Origin: Felis catus
Taxonomy: Eukaryota
Assembly (NCBI RefSeq): GCF_018350175.1
Contig: NC_058383.1
Span: 2,418,001-2,482,000 of the forward strand
DNA: 64,000 bases
Reading direction: 5' to 3'
Part shown: positions 12,231 through 25,841 of the stretch, one piece after another
Layout of the letters: each line of letters begins with the position of its first letter
Position numbering within the stretch: the first letter of the stretch is position 1
Notes under the pieces: model-generated
Seen by the model: the letters and a program-made list of their open reading frames with translations, nothing else
Told to the model about the DNA's origin: nothing
Database searches by the model: none
Made by a program: the position numbers and the translations under genes

Positions 12231-12794
12231 CGGCGTTCATGGTCTCTCTACTCTCTCACCTTGTGGAAGGGGCCGCACGAGGTGCGTAAATACTATGGTG
12301 GTGGTGGGGGTGGGGGCTGATCCTCCCGGGTGGAAAGGACACCTGAGCCGGAGGGAACGGCGTGTACAAAGGCTCTGAGGCCTGGAGGTACAGCAGTTAA
12401 GGGCTTGCAGGAGCTCCGTGAGGTCGGGGCCCCGGGGCCTGTGTCAAGGTGAGGGCTGAGACATGAGGCCGAGGTGAGGTCCGCCGAAGGCCCTGAGAAA
12501 CATTTTGGGCTCTGTTCCTGAACTCTGAGAATTCTCACAGAGGCAGACTCGTGATGAGATTATCTCATCACTTCCACGCTTGTTCTGTGCCTCCCCGTTA
12601 GGGTGTAGGCTCCGTGAAGCCAGGCACGTGACCATTTTGTTCATCTCTACACCCCTAATAGGTGGCATGCAGTGGGCACTCAATACATGCTTGGGGGACT
12701 AAATGCCTGAGCTCCACCTGACTGGGAGCTGCGGCCGCCCCGTTTCCAAGGCCCCTGGAATCCTGGGAACACGACTAGAAACTCCCACCTGCAA

Positions 12795-12808
12795 CCACCA
12801 GGTGGCGC
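12795..12808 (+). promoter_or_regulatory. Candidate CTCF binding site
   Basis: CCACCAGGTGGCGC is a full match to the core consensus CCASYAGRKGGCRS. Confidence 0.6.
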
Positions 12809-14805
12809 TCACGCCACACAAGGAAACCCAGAGAAGGTTCTGCTGAACGGAGGGCGCGGAGGGGTGGGTGAAGGGGAGATCTCATCTGGGAGCCGCAAAT
12901 GAGTTCTCCAGGCAGCCATTTGTTCTCATTAGCGCCTGGATTCCCTTCTCCAGAACCAGACAGGGGTGACGAGCGTCGTGGGCCCAGGGCTCATCCCCCC
13001 CCCCCCCCCCAGCTCTGGGCAGCTGTAGGTGGGAAAGGGGGTCGCTGGGCCCAGACCTGGGATGCCAGTGACCGCCGCTCCCATCCAGCCAGCAGCCCTG
13101 CCGCTGCCCACTGCCCCTGCCCGCCGGCCTCGGTTTTGTCGGCTGGGGGCAGCAAGGCCATTCATCAGCCGCACACGGCGTCCCCTCCCAGGCTGCCAGC
13201 TCCTATCTGGGCGCTCAGCTGGCCCAGGGCAGCAAAGCCAGCCTCCTGGCACAGATCCAAGTGTTTTGTCCTGTTCCCTTTGCCAGGGTCTCAATTCAAG
13301 GTGGGTGCTTTCAGGCCTCAGGGGCAGTCCACGCCTGCCTTCAGCCACACAGCTGCGTTCTAGAAACTTCCGGGGCCACCCTGGGAAGGAAGTGGTCACA
13401 CTACTCAGGTGGGGAGGGGGGCTTGGGGAGGGGGGCTTGAGGAGGGGGGCGATGCATTTCTGACTCCATGGACTCAGGTAAAACGAAACCAGAACAGGGG
13501 TTTTCTGGAACTCAACCTGATTGCTACTTTGAGCCTCTACTCTGACTCAGGGCAGAAAATGTCACCTTGGCTAATTCCAGATAAACTTGGTTATTTAACC
13601 TCAGAGCTCAGAGTGTCCCTTTGCCCCTCTTCTGGCCTAGCGTGGCGGTTATGTTCTAGGGGGTTGTACAGACTTCTGGCATCGGAGGGGGGGGTACTGG
13701 TCATCGGCTGTGCCTGATGTCACAGTCCCCTGGAGGGACACGGTCAGTCTCATCCTCCTGCCCCAGTTATCCCGAGCTGTCCAGGCCTCAGAGAGTGTCC
13801 TCCTTGGTAGCCCGCTCACCGTCCCTCCCAACTTCCAGGACCTTTGTCCTCCCGGCCCCTTTGTCAGCCGCTCCCCTGTTAGCAGACGTGCCCTCCACTT
13901 ACCACGTTCCCCTGGATTCTGCGTTTCCCCAGGTGTCCCCTGAGAGGCAGGCTGCAGGGCCGCTCCTGGAGCCCAGGGCCACCCAGCCCCCTTGCCTCTC
14001 CTCCGTCTCTCCTCTCTCCTTCCCCAGCTGGAAGGGGCTTCACAGAGTTCGGGAGCGGGGAGAATCCGTTCTCCAGACCTCCCTTCTTCCCAAAGTTTTT
14101 GGAACCGCATTTTGCCCCTAACATAAGGGTCTAGATTCAGCCTTCTAAGCTCCACCCCCTGAGGGTGAGGCTGCCCACCCACCGGGGAGGGGCGAGGGGT
14201 TGGAAGGGAGCATGTGCGCACGCGTGCTCCTGTTTCGGCTGGGGCTAAGGCCCCCAGGACTCCCACGTGGTCTCTGAAACAAACACTCCCTTTCCACGTG
14301 GCAGGGGTGTGGCCTCGCTTCTACGATCTGCACGTGGTGAGTGTGGTCCGCCCGGCAGAGGCTGCCGGCCGAACCCCGTGGCGGGCGTGTGCCAGGCAGC
14401 GCGTGGATGCTGAGCGTCCTGGGCTTCTGTCCCCGTCGTTAGAGCTGAGCCGCTGACCTTACAAAGAGCACGCAGGCCACGAACACGGGCCACGCGGCTA
14501 ACCTGAAATGTTCTCGTAACCTCATTAAAAACGGAAAAAAGAGCCGCCAGAATAAATTTTAAGAACTTATTTTATTTAATATGTGCAAAATAACAATGTG
14601 TGATCAATATACAAGTTATTGATGACGTAGGGTAAGGCTCCAAAGTCTGGTGTGTGTTTTACGCGCATCACACATCTCAAGCCTGATGCTACATTTTAAG
14701 GAGAAATACTTGAGCTGTATTTAGATTTCACAAAACCTACCTAGAGTTGGAAGAGTGGATTCGCACACCCCAGTTGTACCAAACGTACCTAAAAGTTGCC
14801 CAGTC

Positions 14806-15023
14806 GGGGCGCCTGGGTGGCTCAGTCGGTTAAATGTTGGATTCTTGATTTCAGCTCAGGTCATGATCTCATGGTTCATGAGATCGAGCCCCACACCGGG
14901 CTCTGTTCTGATGGCATGAAGTCTGCTTGGGATTCTCTGTCTCCCTCTCTCTCTGCCCCTTTCCCACTCGAGCTGTCACTGTGTCTCTCAAGATAAATAA
15001 ATAAACCAAAGGAAAAAATAAAT
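14806..15023 (+). mobile_element. CanSINE
   Basis: Canonical head; flanking AAAAGTTGCCC at 14791-14801 and 15024-15034. Confidence 0.93.
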
Positions 15024-15079
15024 AAAAGTTGCCCGATAGTTGAATTCAGTGTCAGTTTTCAAATTAAAATAAAATATAA

Positions 15080-15310
15080 GGGGCGCCTGGGTGGCTCAGT
15101 AGGTTAAGCGTGTGACTTCAGCTCAGGTCATGATCTCACGGTTCGTGGGTTGGAGCCCCATGTCGGGCTGTGCTGACCGCTCAGGGCCTGGAGCCCGCTT
15201 CGGAGTCTGTGTCACCTTCTCTCTTTGCCCCTCCCCCGCTCACATTCTGTCTTTCTCTCAAAAATAAACATTAAAAAATTAAAAAATAAATAAAAAATTA
15301 AAAAAAAATA
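15080..15310 (+). mobile_element. CanSINE
   Basis: ggggcgcctgggtggctcagtaggttaagcg head, A-rich tail. Confidence 0.93.
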
Positions 15311-15639
15311 AAGTAACAAATTTAATTCCTTGGTCTCAAGAGCCAGATGTCAAATGCTCAATAGCCATGTGTGGTCAGTGGCTATGCTGTTGGACAGCCC
15401 AGGTCTAGAATGTTCTCTACTTCTCCTCTCAACACACTTCTCCTCTGGCTCACCCCTCCTGGCTGGTCAGCTCTCACTTCTCCCAGCTTCCCAGGATGGC
15501 CTGGCCCCTGGCCTCAGACCTCTGACCACAGCACTGAGTGGGTGCTGCTACGGATTTGTTTTACAGATAAATGACTGACTTTGAGGTGCACAGAAACCCA
15601 CCTTTGGAGTTGGGCCTTGGTATTAAAAATGAGGCTGCG

Positions 15640-15820
15640 GTAAAAAAGTATCTGACAAAGGACTCGTATGCAGCATATATAAAGAGCTCTCAAGACTCAA
15701 CAGCAAAGAAGCAGCAAACAACCAAATAAAAAATGCACAAAAGATTTGAATGGGCACTTTGCCAAAAATAGTATTTGGAGGGCAGACCCGCACATGAGAA
15801 GACACTCGGCCTAAGACCAT
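15640..15820 (+). mobile_element. L1 ORF2 3'-region fragment
   Basis: tatctgacaaaggactcgtatgcagcatatataaagagctc...aaagatttgaatgggcacttt. Confidence 0.75.
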
Positions 15821-16384
15821 GATGCAGGTCTGATGCCTGGAAAGGAGGAGGGAAAAGAAGGAGCGTGGGTAGGGAGAGCTCCGACTGCATGCAGGGCAGC
15901 TCCTGACAATCTCGGCCAGGCCAGTGGGGGATCTCAAGGAGTCCTGGGTAGGGCAGGAAAGGAGGCCTCTCTGGGCGTGACCGAGAGCAGAGATGTTAAT
16001 CAGGGCAAAGGGGTGTCAGAGAGCAGGGGACCAGAACGTGTCCGAGGGACTGGGCCAAGGGCAGCGTCATGGGAGTACATGGAGGGCGGGAACCATATTT
16101 GAGGCAAAGCTGGGACGGTGGCAAGGGCCGGTGTTGCAGGGCCTGAGGGCCACATTTAGGATTTCGACCCTACCGATCCCCTTTGACTCCAGTGGTCAGT
16201 CCAGCTCGGACCAAACCTCCCCGCTGGCCTGGCCCAGGCCCAGCATCCGGTTTGGGAAGGCTGCTGAGCTCCCTCTGGCTTTCCGGTCACTCCTGCCTGA
16301 TCTAGCCGGCCTGATGCCCCCAGGCGAGGTTTAGGAAGTATCTCTTCAGCACAGGGTTGGGGATGGGCGGTGGGGCCGGAGTCC

Positions 16385-16580
16385 AGAACTGCTCTGAGCG
16401 GGACCCGTGGGACCAGCAGTAGCAGCATCGGCTGAGAGCTCATGAGAAATGCCGAATCCCAGGCCCTGCCCAGACCCACAGGACGGGACTCCTGGAGGTG
16501 GTGTCCAGGAGTCGGCCTTTCGCAAGCTCTGCAAAGCCACTGGTCTAGCGCCATCTGGTTTGGGAACGCCACTGGTCTAG
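16385..16580. mobile_element. MER5A-like DNA transposon relic
   Basis: gggaccagcagtagcagcatcggctgagagctcatgagaaatgccgaatcccaggccctgcccagacc. Confidence 0.65.
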
Positions 16581-19500
16581 GGCCGTCACTGCATTTTACA
16601 GGTGCGTGGACTTGTGCCCCGAGGCTTGCTCTGGGTCCGGCACCGTGACCGTGGCTGGACGGGGCCAGAAAGCACGCCAGCCCTTTAGGCTGTGAAGACC
16701 TCAGTCAGCACCATCAGGAAAAACATGCATCGGGGACCCAAGTGATGATTTGTTGAAAAATGCCTGAGTGGTTGGCATAAAATAGAATTCATAGGCTCAT
16801 TGTTCTGGAAAAGAAATCCATCCGTCCGTTTGCATCAGAGGAGGGCGTTTGTACGACAGGTGCGGCCTGGGGGGCCGTCGTACGGCTCTGGTCCGGACGG
16901 TCCCGCCTGCATTCGGTTTCGGGAACAGCCAAACCAACAAGCCGCCGTGGAAGTTGCCCACGCTTCAGGCCGTGGTCCTCGCTCGGCCGACACGGTGCCT
17001 CTGTTCCCTCCTCTTCGGCCCGTGGGGCTCCCGCTCCCGCTTCGGCACCGAGCCCCGGCGTCCCCTCCCTCCTGCTCGCGCCGGTGTGGAGCGCGCCTTG
17101 GAACCGCCCCCCCTCCCCAAGGGTGAGGGGCTGGCGTGGGAATCCAGTGCCCCCCATCCAGGGCGTACGGGAGCCGGACGGGCCGGTGTGGAAGAACCCC
17201 GTGTGCGCGCCTTTCCCTAAGTCTGCATTCGGCAGCCGCACGTTGCCAGCTTGACGTTGGCCACGGAGGGGTCTGTACACCCCAGAGCCGGAGAACGTTA
17301 CTCGTCAGGGCTTTCTTGCCCTTCTGTTGACCGGCACCCCACACCGCCCTGCCCCTCCCTGGTTGGGCCTGCTGACTCCCGGCACCTCGGTCTGCCCTGC
17401 AGGTGGCCCGAGCATGCTACCTGGTCGAGGAGGCCCAGGGAGGCACGCATGGGGACTGCCCAAAGGTGGCCTCTGGGCTCGGGGGAGCACGGAGAGCACC
17501 GCCACGGGCGGCCGGGCCGGGGAACGCCTCGGTCCAAGTACTGGCTTGCCGGGTTTGCCAACGGGAGCGAGCAGCTGACTGCCGCTTGGCAGAGTCCAAG
17601 CCATGCTGACGGGTGGGGTCAAAGGGCGGAGGCGCTATTAGAGAAGAGGGACTGTGACTTATAGCTGCAGCGGCCCCGGGACGGCCAGGCTCGCGGACAG
17701 CGGGGAGACGGAAGAGAGCTGGCAGGATGCTAACAGGACGAGGGATGTGCATGTCATTGAGACGGTGTGCCGGAGCCCACGCAGCAGAGATTAACTAGCC
17801 CGTCCCCTGCATGCAGAAAGGCGGAAATAAATCAGGCTTTACTGCAAGCAGGGTGGCAGGGAGTTAATTAGGAACAGGAAAAAAATACATTTCGACTCAC
17901 AGAGAAGCCGAGTGAGCGGCAGAGAACAGCGGGGTCCCACCAGGAGTCGTTGCTCCCGGACAGAGGCTCTGGTCCACCCGTCCCACAGAAGGACGCGCAG
18001 GGCCCTGGGAATATCACCTGGGGAGTGCCCGGGGGGGGGGGGGGAGAGGGCGGGACTGCTGGCCGCCCCAGGGGCTGAGCCCGGCCTGCACCTGCTGGCC
18101 CTGCCCGTGTGATTCGTGGGGTCTTGAACTCGCAGGCTGAGGACCAGGTCTCGGATTCCTCTGGCGGAGGGGCAGGTGCTGGGGGTCACGCTCCGTGAGA
18201 GCTCGGTGATGCTCACGGAGGGCGTTTGCTCTGAACCCCCCACGCTACCCTGTCGCTGCCCCGCCAGCCCGCCCTCTCCACTGTCTTCCCGCACCCCCTC
18301 CCGTGGGCTGTTTCTGCTTCTGGGCCACGGTCTGTGCAGTGGCCCCCACCTGAATGTGTGCCGGTTAAAGCCCAGCTCATTTCCCATCAGTCGTTAGCTC
18401 CTCGGTCTTGTCCTGAACCCCTGCTCTGTGCTGGGCCCCCTCCAGGAGGATCTAGAATCCGTAGAGCCGTGTAGCTGTGGGGTGCAGACCAGTGCCCCGG
18501 CGGTGCGGACGCGGTGTGCAGAGGGTGTCCTGGGGAGAGCTCGTCCCTCGGTGGTGGGAGGGGACGGATGGGTGATCGGGGAATTCCAGAGGGGAGCCTG
18601 GCTTGACGTATGCGATAGTCAGCGTGAGCTACAGTTATACTGCAGTAACAAATACCCCCAAGCCTTGGGCAAACAGGCAGAGGGAGGCTGAGCGGATGGG
18701 GCGAGACCCTTGCTGTGTCCAGTGGGAGGCGGGGGTGGCCCGCGCTCGGGGTGAGGGTGATGGTGACGGTGGAGAGAGGGGCTGGGCATCGCACCGGCCC
18801 CACCTCCGCGGACGCCTGGCCTGCAGGCTCTCGGGCTGGACCTCTTCCCCTGGCGGACTCTTCACGCAGGACGGTTCTGCTTGTTTTCTGAGCCCGTGTG
18901 TCCACGGAGGGCAGGGAGTGTGTCCGGAAACTGTAGCCCCTGGGGATGGAAAAGAAGCTTTAATAAATACCGGTTCTCTAAAGAGAAAAATGTGAAATGG
19001 GGAGAGGGCCACTCCTCACGGCCCCCACAGTGGGGCAAACGTTGCCCCGTGATCCGGGGAGCTTCCTGACACGGTAGGCGTTACCAGGGCAGAAATGCCG
19101 ACTCAGACCCGCAGCATCTTTGAAAGAGGTCAGGGGACGCCTCCTCAGGGCTGCACTGGGGTAAGTCCCCTGCTTTTCTGGGCCTCACCCTCTCTCCTCC
19201 CTGCCTTCCGCGTCCAGCTCTGGGCACTCCTCACGTCCTGTGGGGGTGCCCAGCGTCCCAGCAAGGTGGACGTGGGGCGCACGGATGGCTGAACCCTCCT
19301 CCCATGCACTGGTGCGAACATCTGATGTCCAGATGGGGGTGCGTGGAAACTTCTAGGTGCGGCCAGATGCTCTGCGGGGGAGCATACAGGTCTTGGAAAA
19401 ATCTTTATGGTTTTTATCATCACAGAAGTATTATGTGCTCATTGCGACATTCAGATCTACACGAGGCGGGAAGCGGCCACTCCCCTCCTCCCTCCGGTTG

Positions 19501-22116
19501 TGCGGCCCAGAGGCGAGCCCTGCTGACTCGTGGGGTCTCTGTCTCCGTTTTCTGTGTGCGCGTGTATACACAAGTACGTGTGCGTGGGCTTTATGCACGT
19601 CCCACGCGTGTGCGTTTTACCCTTCTCGCACAGGCCAGAACCCCTTGGACATCTTTGATGTCGGGACACACAGAGCGGCCTCGCTCCTTTTCACGAGCCC
19701 AGAATTCCACGGGCCCATGATCTGTTTGCTCTGTGGACTACAGAATTTGTTTTTCTCGCGGACTTTGGGCGGTTCCACGCAATGCTGCAGCGGGCACCCG
19801 CGGACTCAATCGGTGTGCGCTTGGGACAGGATTCCGATGGTGCAGAGGTGAAGCGGAGAGCTCTGCCGTCGGCCGGCCTGGGGCTGAGGCCTGGAACTCC
19901 CAAGCGGGGCACTTAACTCTGTGCCTCAGTTTGCTGATCTGTGGAATGGGATTCCAGCCCTCCCGCCTTTACAGGATTAAACGGGTGAGTGTTCAGCAGG
20001 GCACTGGCGCCACCCTGGGCCGGGCTCTCTGACCGCGGGTCTCTCTGCCCGGGGCTGGGGCCGGGGGCACAGGATCCCGGGTTCCGGTGGGGCCCGGCTG
20101 ACAGGAGAACAATGCTCACTCGGGGAGAGCAGACCCTTCCCTGCCTGTCAGGGCGTGAGGATTAGATGCAGAATGATGCAGTCCCCGATCAAACCTGCAG
20201 CTGTAACTCAGGCCCCAGACGCTGCCAGCACCATAAATTCGGGCGGGAAGTGCTGCTCCAGCAGTTTGCGAACAAAAGCGGGGGAGGCCGAGTGAATTAC
20301 AGCCGTGGAGGAAGCGGAGGCCCCCTGCCCGGCATTGTTAGCCCGAGCCAGGGATTGATTGCTCGCCGGCTTAATGAAATTGAATTTTAATTTATATCCC
20401 AGCCCACGAAGGGGCACGGGGGGGGGGGGCAGGGAGGGTGTGCCCGGGCAGAGGTGGGCCCGGCCCCTGGGTGGGGGCTGCTTCTGAGGGGCGCGGGGGC
20501 CGGCCGTGCCGCGGCCCAATCCCACAGGCACCCCGGAGTAGCACGTGCTCCCCAAAGTTTCAAGGTTCCGCTGGTCAGGGGGACTTCGAGGACGTCGCGT
20601 CACCTGCCAGAGCCTCATCCCCCATCCGGGCGTACCTGCCTGGCTCAGGTGTAAACCTCAGACAGGCTCGGGGGAGGGAGGGTCCCCATCCCGTCCCTGC
20701 GTGGGGGCTGGGGCCCCCGCCAGGTGTGCAGGAGACGTCGGGAGGGAGGTTGGTGATATCGGGGGGCTCTTGGGGAGTCCCCCGCTCACCCCTCCCCGCT
20801 GCCGCTTGGCGCCAACTTAAGGGCGATTCTGCAGGCCTGCTACACCCGGGCTCTCCGCGTGGACCTCTGTTTGGTCCTCACCTCCTGCCAGCGCGCCCCC
20901 GTCTCCACGTGCGCTAGAGGGGGGCCACATCACGGAGGCAACGTTTCGGGGGGACACCGGCCTGGCGCTGGAGCGCAGCCCACGGTTCCTGGCCTCGGAA
21001 AGCCGCGGCCCCTCTCTGCGCCTGTCTGCTCCTTCTGAGTGGGGGGCGGAGGGGGCCCCGACCTCCCGGCTGTCGTGGGGCTTCAAGAAGTGGTGTTTCT
21101 GCGTCTGGCCCCCCCCCCCCCAAGGGGGTGAGGTGTGTGCGGGAGCAGCCAATCCCCCACGGGGTTCCGCAGACGTGGCTCAGATCTCACGGGCGGTGCG
21201 ACCCACCCCTGCGGCCAGGGGACAACGACGGTCTCCTCTGGGCCCAGGGAGGAGGGGGTTTCACGGAGCACCTGGTGTCCCAGGGGCAGGGGTTGTACCT
21301 GCCCGGGGTTGGGGTGGGGGCCCGAAGGACTGGGTGCAGGGCTAAGCTGAGGGGCCGGAGGGGTGAGCCTGACCTGAGCTGCCTGGGGGGCCGGGAGCAA
21401 CAGCAGATGTTTTCTCTGCCTCTCCCGCTCAGGGGCCCCGTCAGGGCACCTGGATGTTCATGCGGGCGCTGCTAGGGGCCTCCTGTTGGGCTGGACAGGC
21501 CGCCTTAGATGCAATCCTGCCCTTAGTAAGGTGGGGGTGTGGCCTGGCTCCTGGGGGTCTGGCCCCTGCCCCTCATGGCCTGCCCGCCACCCACCAGGGC
21601 ACCTGGAGGACCTCCGGGCCAGTCCTGTGTCCAGCCTGCACACACCAGGGAGCTGGTGAGGGGCCTGGAAGGCCGTGCTGCCTCTGTCTGTAAGCTGGGA
21701 GCTGCCGATCAGGCTGCGGCCGGTGAGCGAAGTAAACACCCAACAGCTGTGGGCGGAATGTTCCCCCGCTGGCTGAATCTGGCAAGAAAAGCCAGCGGTT
21801 TAGGTGCAGGGTGTGTGCATGGCAGACGAGTCAGGGGGAGAGGGGACCCCAGACTGACTGTGCTGGGATCGTTGGGAGTCAGCTCCCAGCTTTGATTCTA
21901 CAAAGGGAGAATCAGGCCCAGAGAGGGACAGGCACATGCCTGAGGTCACACAGCAAGTGAGCAGGAGACTCAGGGCCACAGTGGGTCACCCTGGCAGGGG
22001 CCTAGGCGAGGTGGCACAAGGGGACGGACACATGTGGCTTGTTCCTGTGTGCTCAGACAGAAAGGAGGCCAAGGGTGGTACTGCCCCTTTTTCAGACCAC
22101 AGCATTCATCCCTTCA

Positions 22117-22275
22117 GGGGCGCTTGGGCGCCTCAGTTGGTTAAGCTCTAGTTTTCGGCTCAGGTCACGACCTCACAGTTTGTGAGTTCCAGCCCTGCGT
22201 CAGGCTCTGGGCTGACAGCACAGAGCCTGCTGGGGATTGTCTCTTCCTCTTCCTCTGCCCCTCCCCTGATCACAT

Positions 22276-22314
<39 letters not shown>
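22117..22314 (+). mobile_element. CanSINE ending in (CT)n, no A tail
   Basis: ggggcgcttgggcgcctcagttggttaag...tcaggtcacgacctcacag...(CT)n. Confidence 0.88.
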
Positions 22315-22318
<4 letters not shown>

Positions 22319-25300
22319 TGGGACCTCGGCCCCACTGAGGCCCCCTGCCTGGCACAAAGGGCCTTGAATGGCACGGACGTACCCCCTGTCCCTGGCTTCA
22401 TCTTTCTGTAAGTGAAGTCACTTTTCTTAACGTAAACAAACGGATCATAGAAGAAAAGTTTATGGGAAGCCAGCATTGCTCACCCGAACCAGACAACACA
22501 AAAGCAAATGTCTCCAACGTACCTTATGTCCTCATGTTACAATGTATATTATATGTATGTGTGCCTATATGTATTATTTGATATGTTATACACACGTTAC
22601 TTACGCATATCACATACCTCTCATTATATATTACAGCGTGTTTTAAAAGTCTGCGTGGTTCCGAACGTCACTCACGTATTGCATGCTGGGAAAAGCTCCC
22701 AGGGCGTGAGCCCGTGACGCTGCTCTTTTGGGTGAAGGTCTGTTGCCAAACCATGCACACGGCAAGCGAAAGTAAACCCACCCCCAAGGATGAGCCGGGA
22801 GGGACTCCCAGGGTCAGGGAGGGACAGAGGACAGCTGAGAGGGACAGTGCGGCCCCAGGTCGGGCCTGGTGGGTGCCGGGCCGCGGGTGGGGCGGACGGG
22901 GCGTGAGCACCAACTCTGGGCCCGGCGCTTTGCACCCAGTCGCCTGCAGTCCTCTGGGGATTCGGATATTCCTGCTTCAGCTTCTCATGAAACAGTTCAA
23001 ACAGAGCAGACTGAGAATAGCCGAGTAGAACCGCCCTGTCCCTGTCCTCCCGGTGCCCTGAATTCTATTCCTTCCCATGCGGGTGCTCTTTTGGATTTTA
23101 TGCAAGAAAGAGACCATGACAGGTGTCGCTGAGGTCCCTCTCTCTCCCCCCAGTAGCTGCCCCAATCCTTTTCCTTCTCTCCCACCTGGGAAGGGGCCAC
23201 ACGTGCCACCGACTCTCCCTCTTCCCATGACACGAACTTACGATGTGACTGGGCGCGTGGGTCACCCCCGACCGTAGCGTGGCCCTGTCTCCCAACGCCA
23301 CACGGACCCGTGCCTGCTCTACAGCTGGAAACCCTGGCTTGAGTTCACGCGGTCGTGAGCGACACAGGCAGGGTCACACCCTGTTGCTGGGGCTCCAGTA
23401 ACCACGGAGGGAAGTTTCTCCTCCGCCCCGGGCCGCCCGGGGCCAGCGTGAGGGTGCTGGGTTTATTGACGTGACTTTGGGGGGCCTGAGGGGGCTTCCG
23501 GGCAGCTCCAGGCCTCGGGCGGCCCGGGCTCCGTGGGAGAAGGCAGAGGGCAAAAAGAGCCTGCCCTTTCGGCCCCGTGTTTTCTACAGAAGAGAAATCA
23601 ATAGCTCCTCGCAGGCGGGTCGCTGCAGGCAGAGTCTGCGGCCCTGGAGGTGACGGGGGAGGCCGCGTCTCCACAGAACACGGACAGACTCGATCCCGGG
23701 AGATTTATGTCACCAATGCTTGCGGAACTCTGGGTCGGGGGGCGGGGGGACGTGTCTCAGTCACGCACCCCCGTCTCTCTGGCTGAGACGTGGGTCAGAG
23801 GGCCCGAGGGTGGCGATGTACGGGGAGGGGGGTGGGGGGGCGGGTGGGGTTTGCCGAGCTGGCGGCAGCCTATCCGGGAGACTATGAGGAGGGAGGGTGC
23901 GCCGGAGGGCCGACGGCAGCCGCAGCCTGGAGGGGACAAGGCCACCAACGGGGCTGGTGGTGATGGAGGAAAGTCTGCGGGACCTCCACGCACGGGCATG
24001 CGACCGAGGGCCCCACCACGGACCTGACCGTCCATGCTCCACTGTGAGTAGACACGTGTGTGCACACTCACCCCCGAGCACACACGCACCCTCCCAAATA
24101 CACACGCACTCCCCCCCCCCCACACACACGCACAGGTAGCGGGGCTTCTCCCGCCCCTGGAGTGCCTGCACACACGCACACACACATGCTGTGTGTCAAA
24201 AAGAAAAAGAAAGGAGGAGAGAGAGAGCCAAGAAAGCCCCTTGAAAAAACAGCAGTGATGGTAATTCGAGTGGACGATGGCCGTAAATCTTGGGGGCTGC
24301 TAACAATAATGAAGTATGAAGGCAGGGCAGCCAGATTAACAGAGATGTTTAATGCTCTCCCTCCCAGATCAATAGGCTGCGCTGAGATTTTCCCGACACG
24401 CACGCCCCGCCCAGCTGGCCAGGTTTGGGGCAGCGGGGACCCCTCCGTCCCTGCAACCCCGTCTCCCTCCCCTCTGCACCGCTAAGGGCTGAACGGGGGC
24501 GTGGGGGCGAGAAATCCCATCTCCCACGGCCACATCCCCGAGCCTCGGCTGGCCAGCCGTGACCCGGACGCAGCAGGAACTTGCCCTTGCCGATGTCGCT
24601 GAGTGGCCGGCCACCCCCCTGCCTGCCGGGCCTGGGGCCCTGTTGGATTTGCAGCTCTTTGCCACGGGCCTGGGGTTCCTATCCAGCCCTGGGAGGGGCC
24701 GAGCGGCCCGGGGCCCCTGGCCTTGGGGCGCGGAGAGCCAGGCCTTGCCCGAGCTGCACCCCCTTGCTGCAACGTGACTTTCCTCCCTCTCCCCTGGTGC
24801 AGAGGGTGGCTGAGAGTGGCGGGGTAGGTGTTTATTTTAAGGCGTCAGGGCCTCCCGGGTGAGTTCTGGGCCAGGCCTCCCGGGCGGAAGCTTCGGTTGA
24901 AGGTCTGCATTCCTGACTGCGTAGGGGTCACTGACAGCAGGCCCCCAGCCACGCTCAAGGTCAGATGCACCCTCAGGGCTACTTGTAAGGAGGCTCTGGG
25001 TTGGTGACTTGGGAGCCTCAGCCCTCGCCAGCACCCGCCCCCCAAGCCCAGAGCAAGCACACGGCAGACCGTGGTTCTGTGCTCAGTACTCCCAACACCA
25101 GACCTCCTTGTCTGTCCTTCCTGTACCGCAGGGGCGGGGCCCGGCTCCCTGTCCCCCCCCCCCCCCCCCCCCCCCCCCCGCCAGGTGACACTTCGGGCAT
25201 GCTCCAGGCTGTGCTACGTTTGGGAACAGAAGGCTGAACAACACGCAGTTTGTGTTCCAGACAGATCCCTGCCTGCCCTGGGCTTCTTGGCTTAGGTCTG

Positions 25301-25626
25301 GGAACAGAATCAGGGGCGTCTGTGAGTGTTGACGGCCAAGAGCGACAGCCTCATTTGCTCAAACTCCTCATCGGGGTTAGGGTTCCTGCCCATTACCAAG
25401 GGGGGCTGTGAGCCCGAGGGTGTGGACTTGTTCACCAACAGGAACACGGCGTTGGGCATCTCACCGCGGCTGCCGCAGGTGACTGGAGAGACCATTCAAG
25501 CTCTTCAGACAATGGCAGTAACGTCCCCAGCTCTAGACCTTGCTGAAGAATCTTATGTCCCCGCATTCATGAAAAAGCACATCAGTGACCAGATTACGAG
25601 TTTGCTCTTACATATTTTGATAACTG

Positions 25627-25841
25627 GGGGTGCCCGGGGGGCTCAGTCGTCCAGCATCCGTTAAGTATCCGACTCCGGCTCAGGTCATGATCTCACTGTT
25701 GGTGGGTTCGAGCCCCAAGTCCGGCTCTGTGCTGACAGCTGGGAGCCAGGAGCCTGCTTCGCGTTCTGTGACTCCCTCTCTCTCTGTGCCCCTCTCCCAC
25801 TCGCTCTCTCTCTCTCAAAAATAAATAAAAATGTTAAAAAA
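25627..25841 (+). mobile_element. CanSINE
   Basis: TSD ATATTTTGATAACTG at 25612-25626 and 25842-25856. Confidence 0.93.

Larger units (their letters stand above)
14490..15410. mobile_element. hAT-Charlie family DNA transposon relic (MER33/Charlie1-like) carrying two SINEs
   Basis: AT-rich body; terminal aaatgctcaatagccatgtgtggtcagtggctatgctgttggacagc resembles the MER3/MER33 end. Confidence 0.7.
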
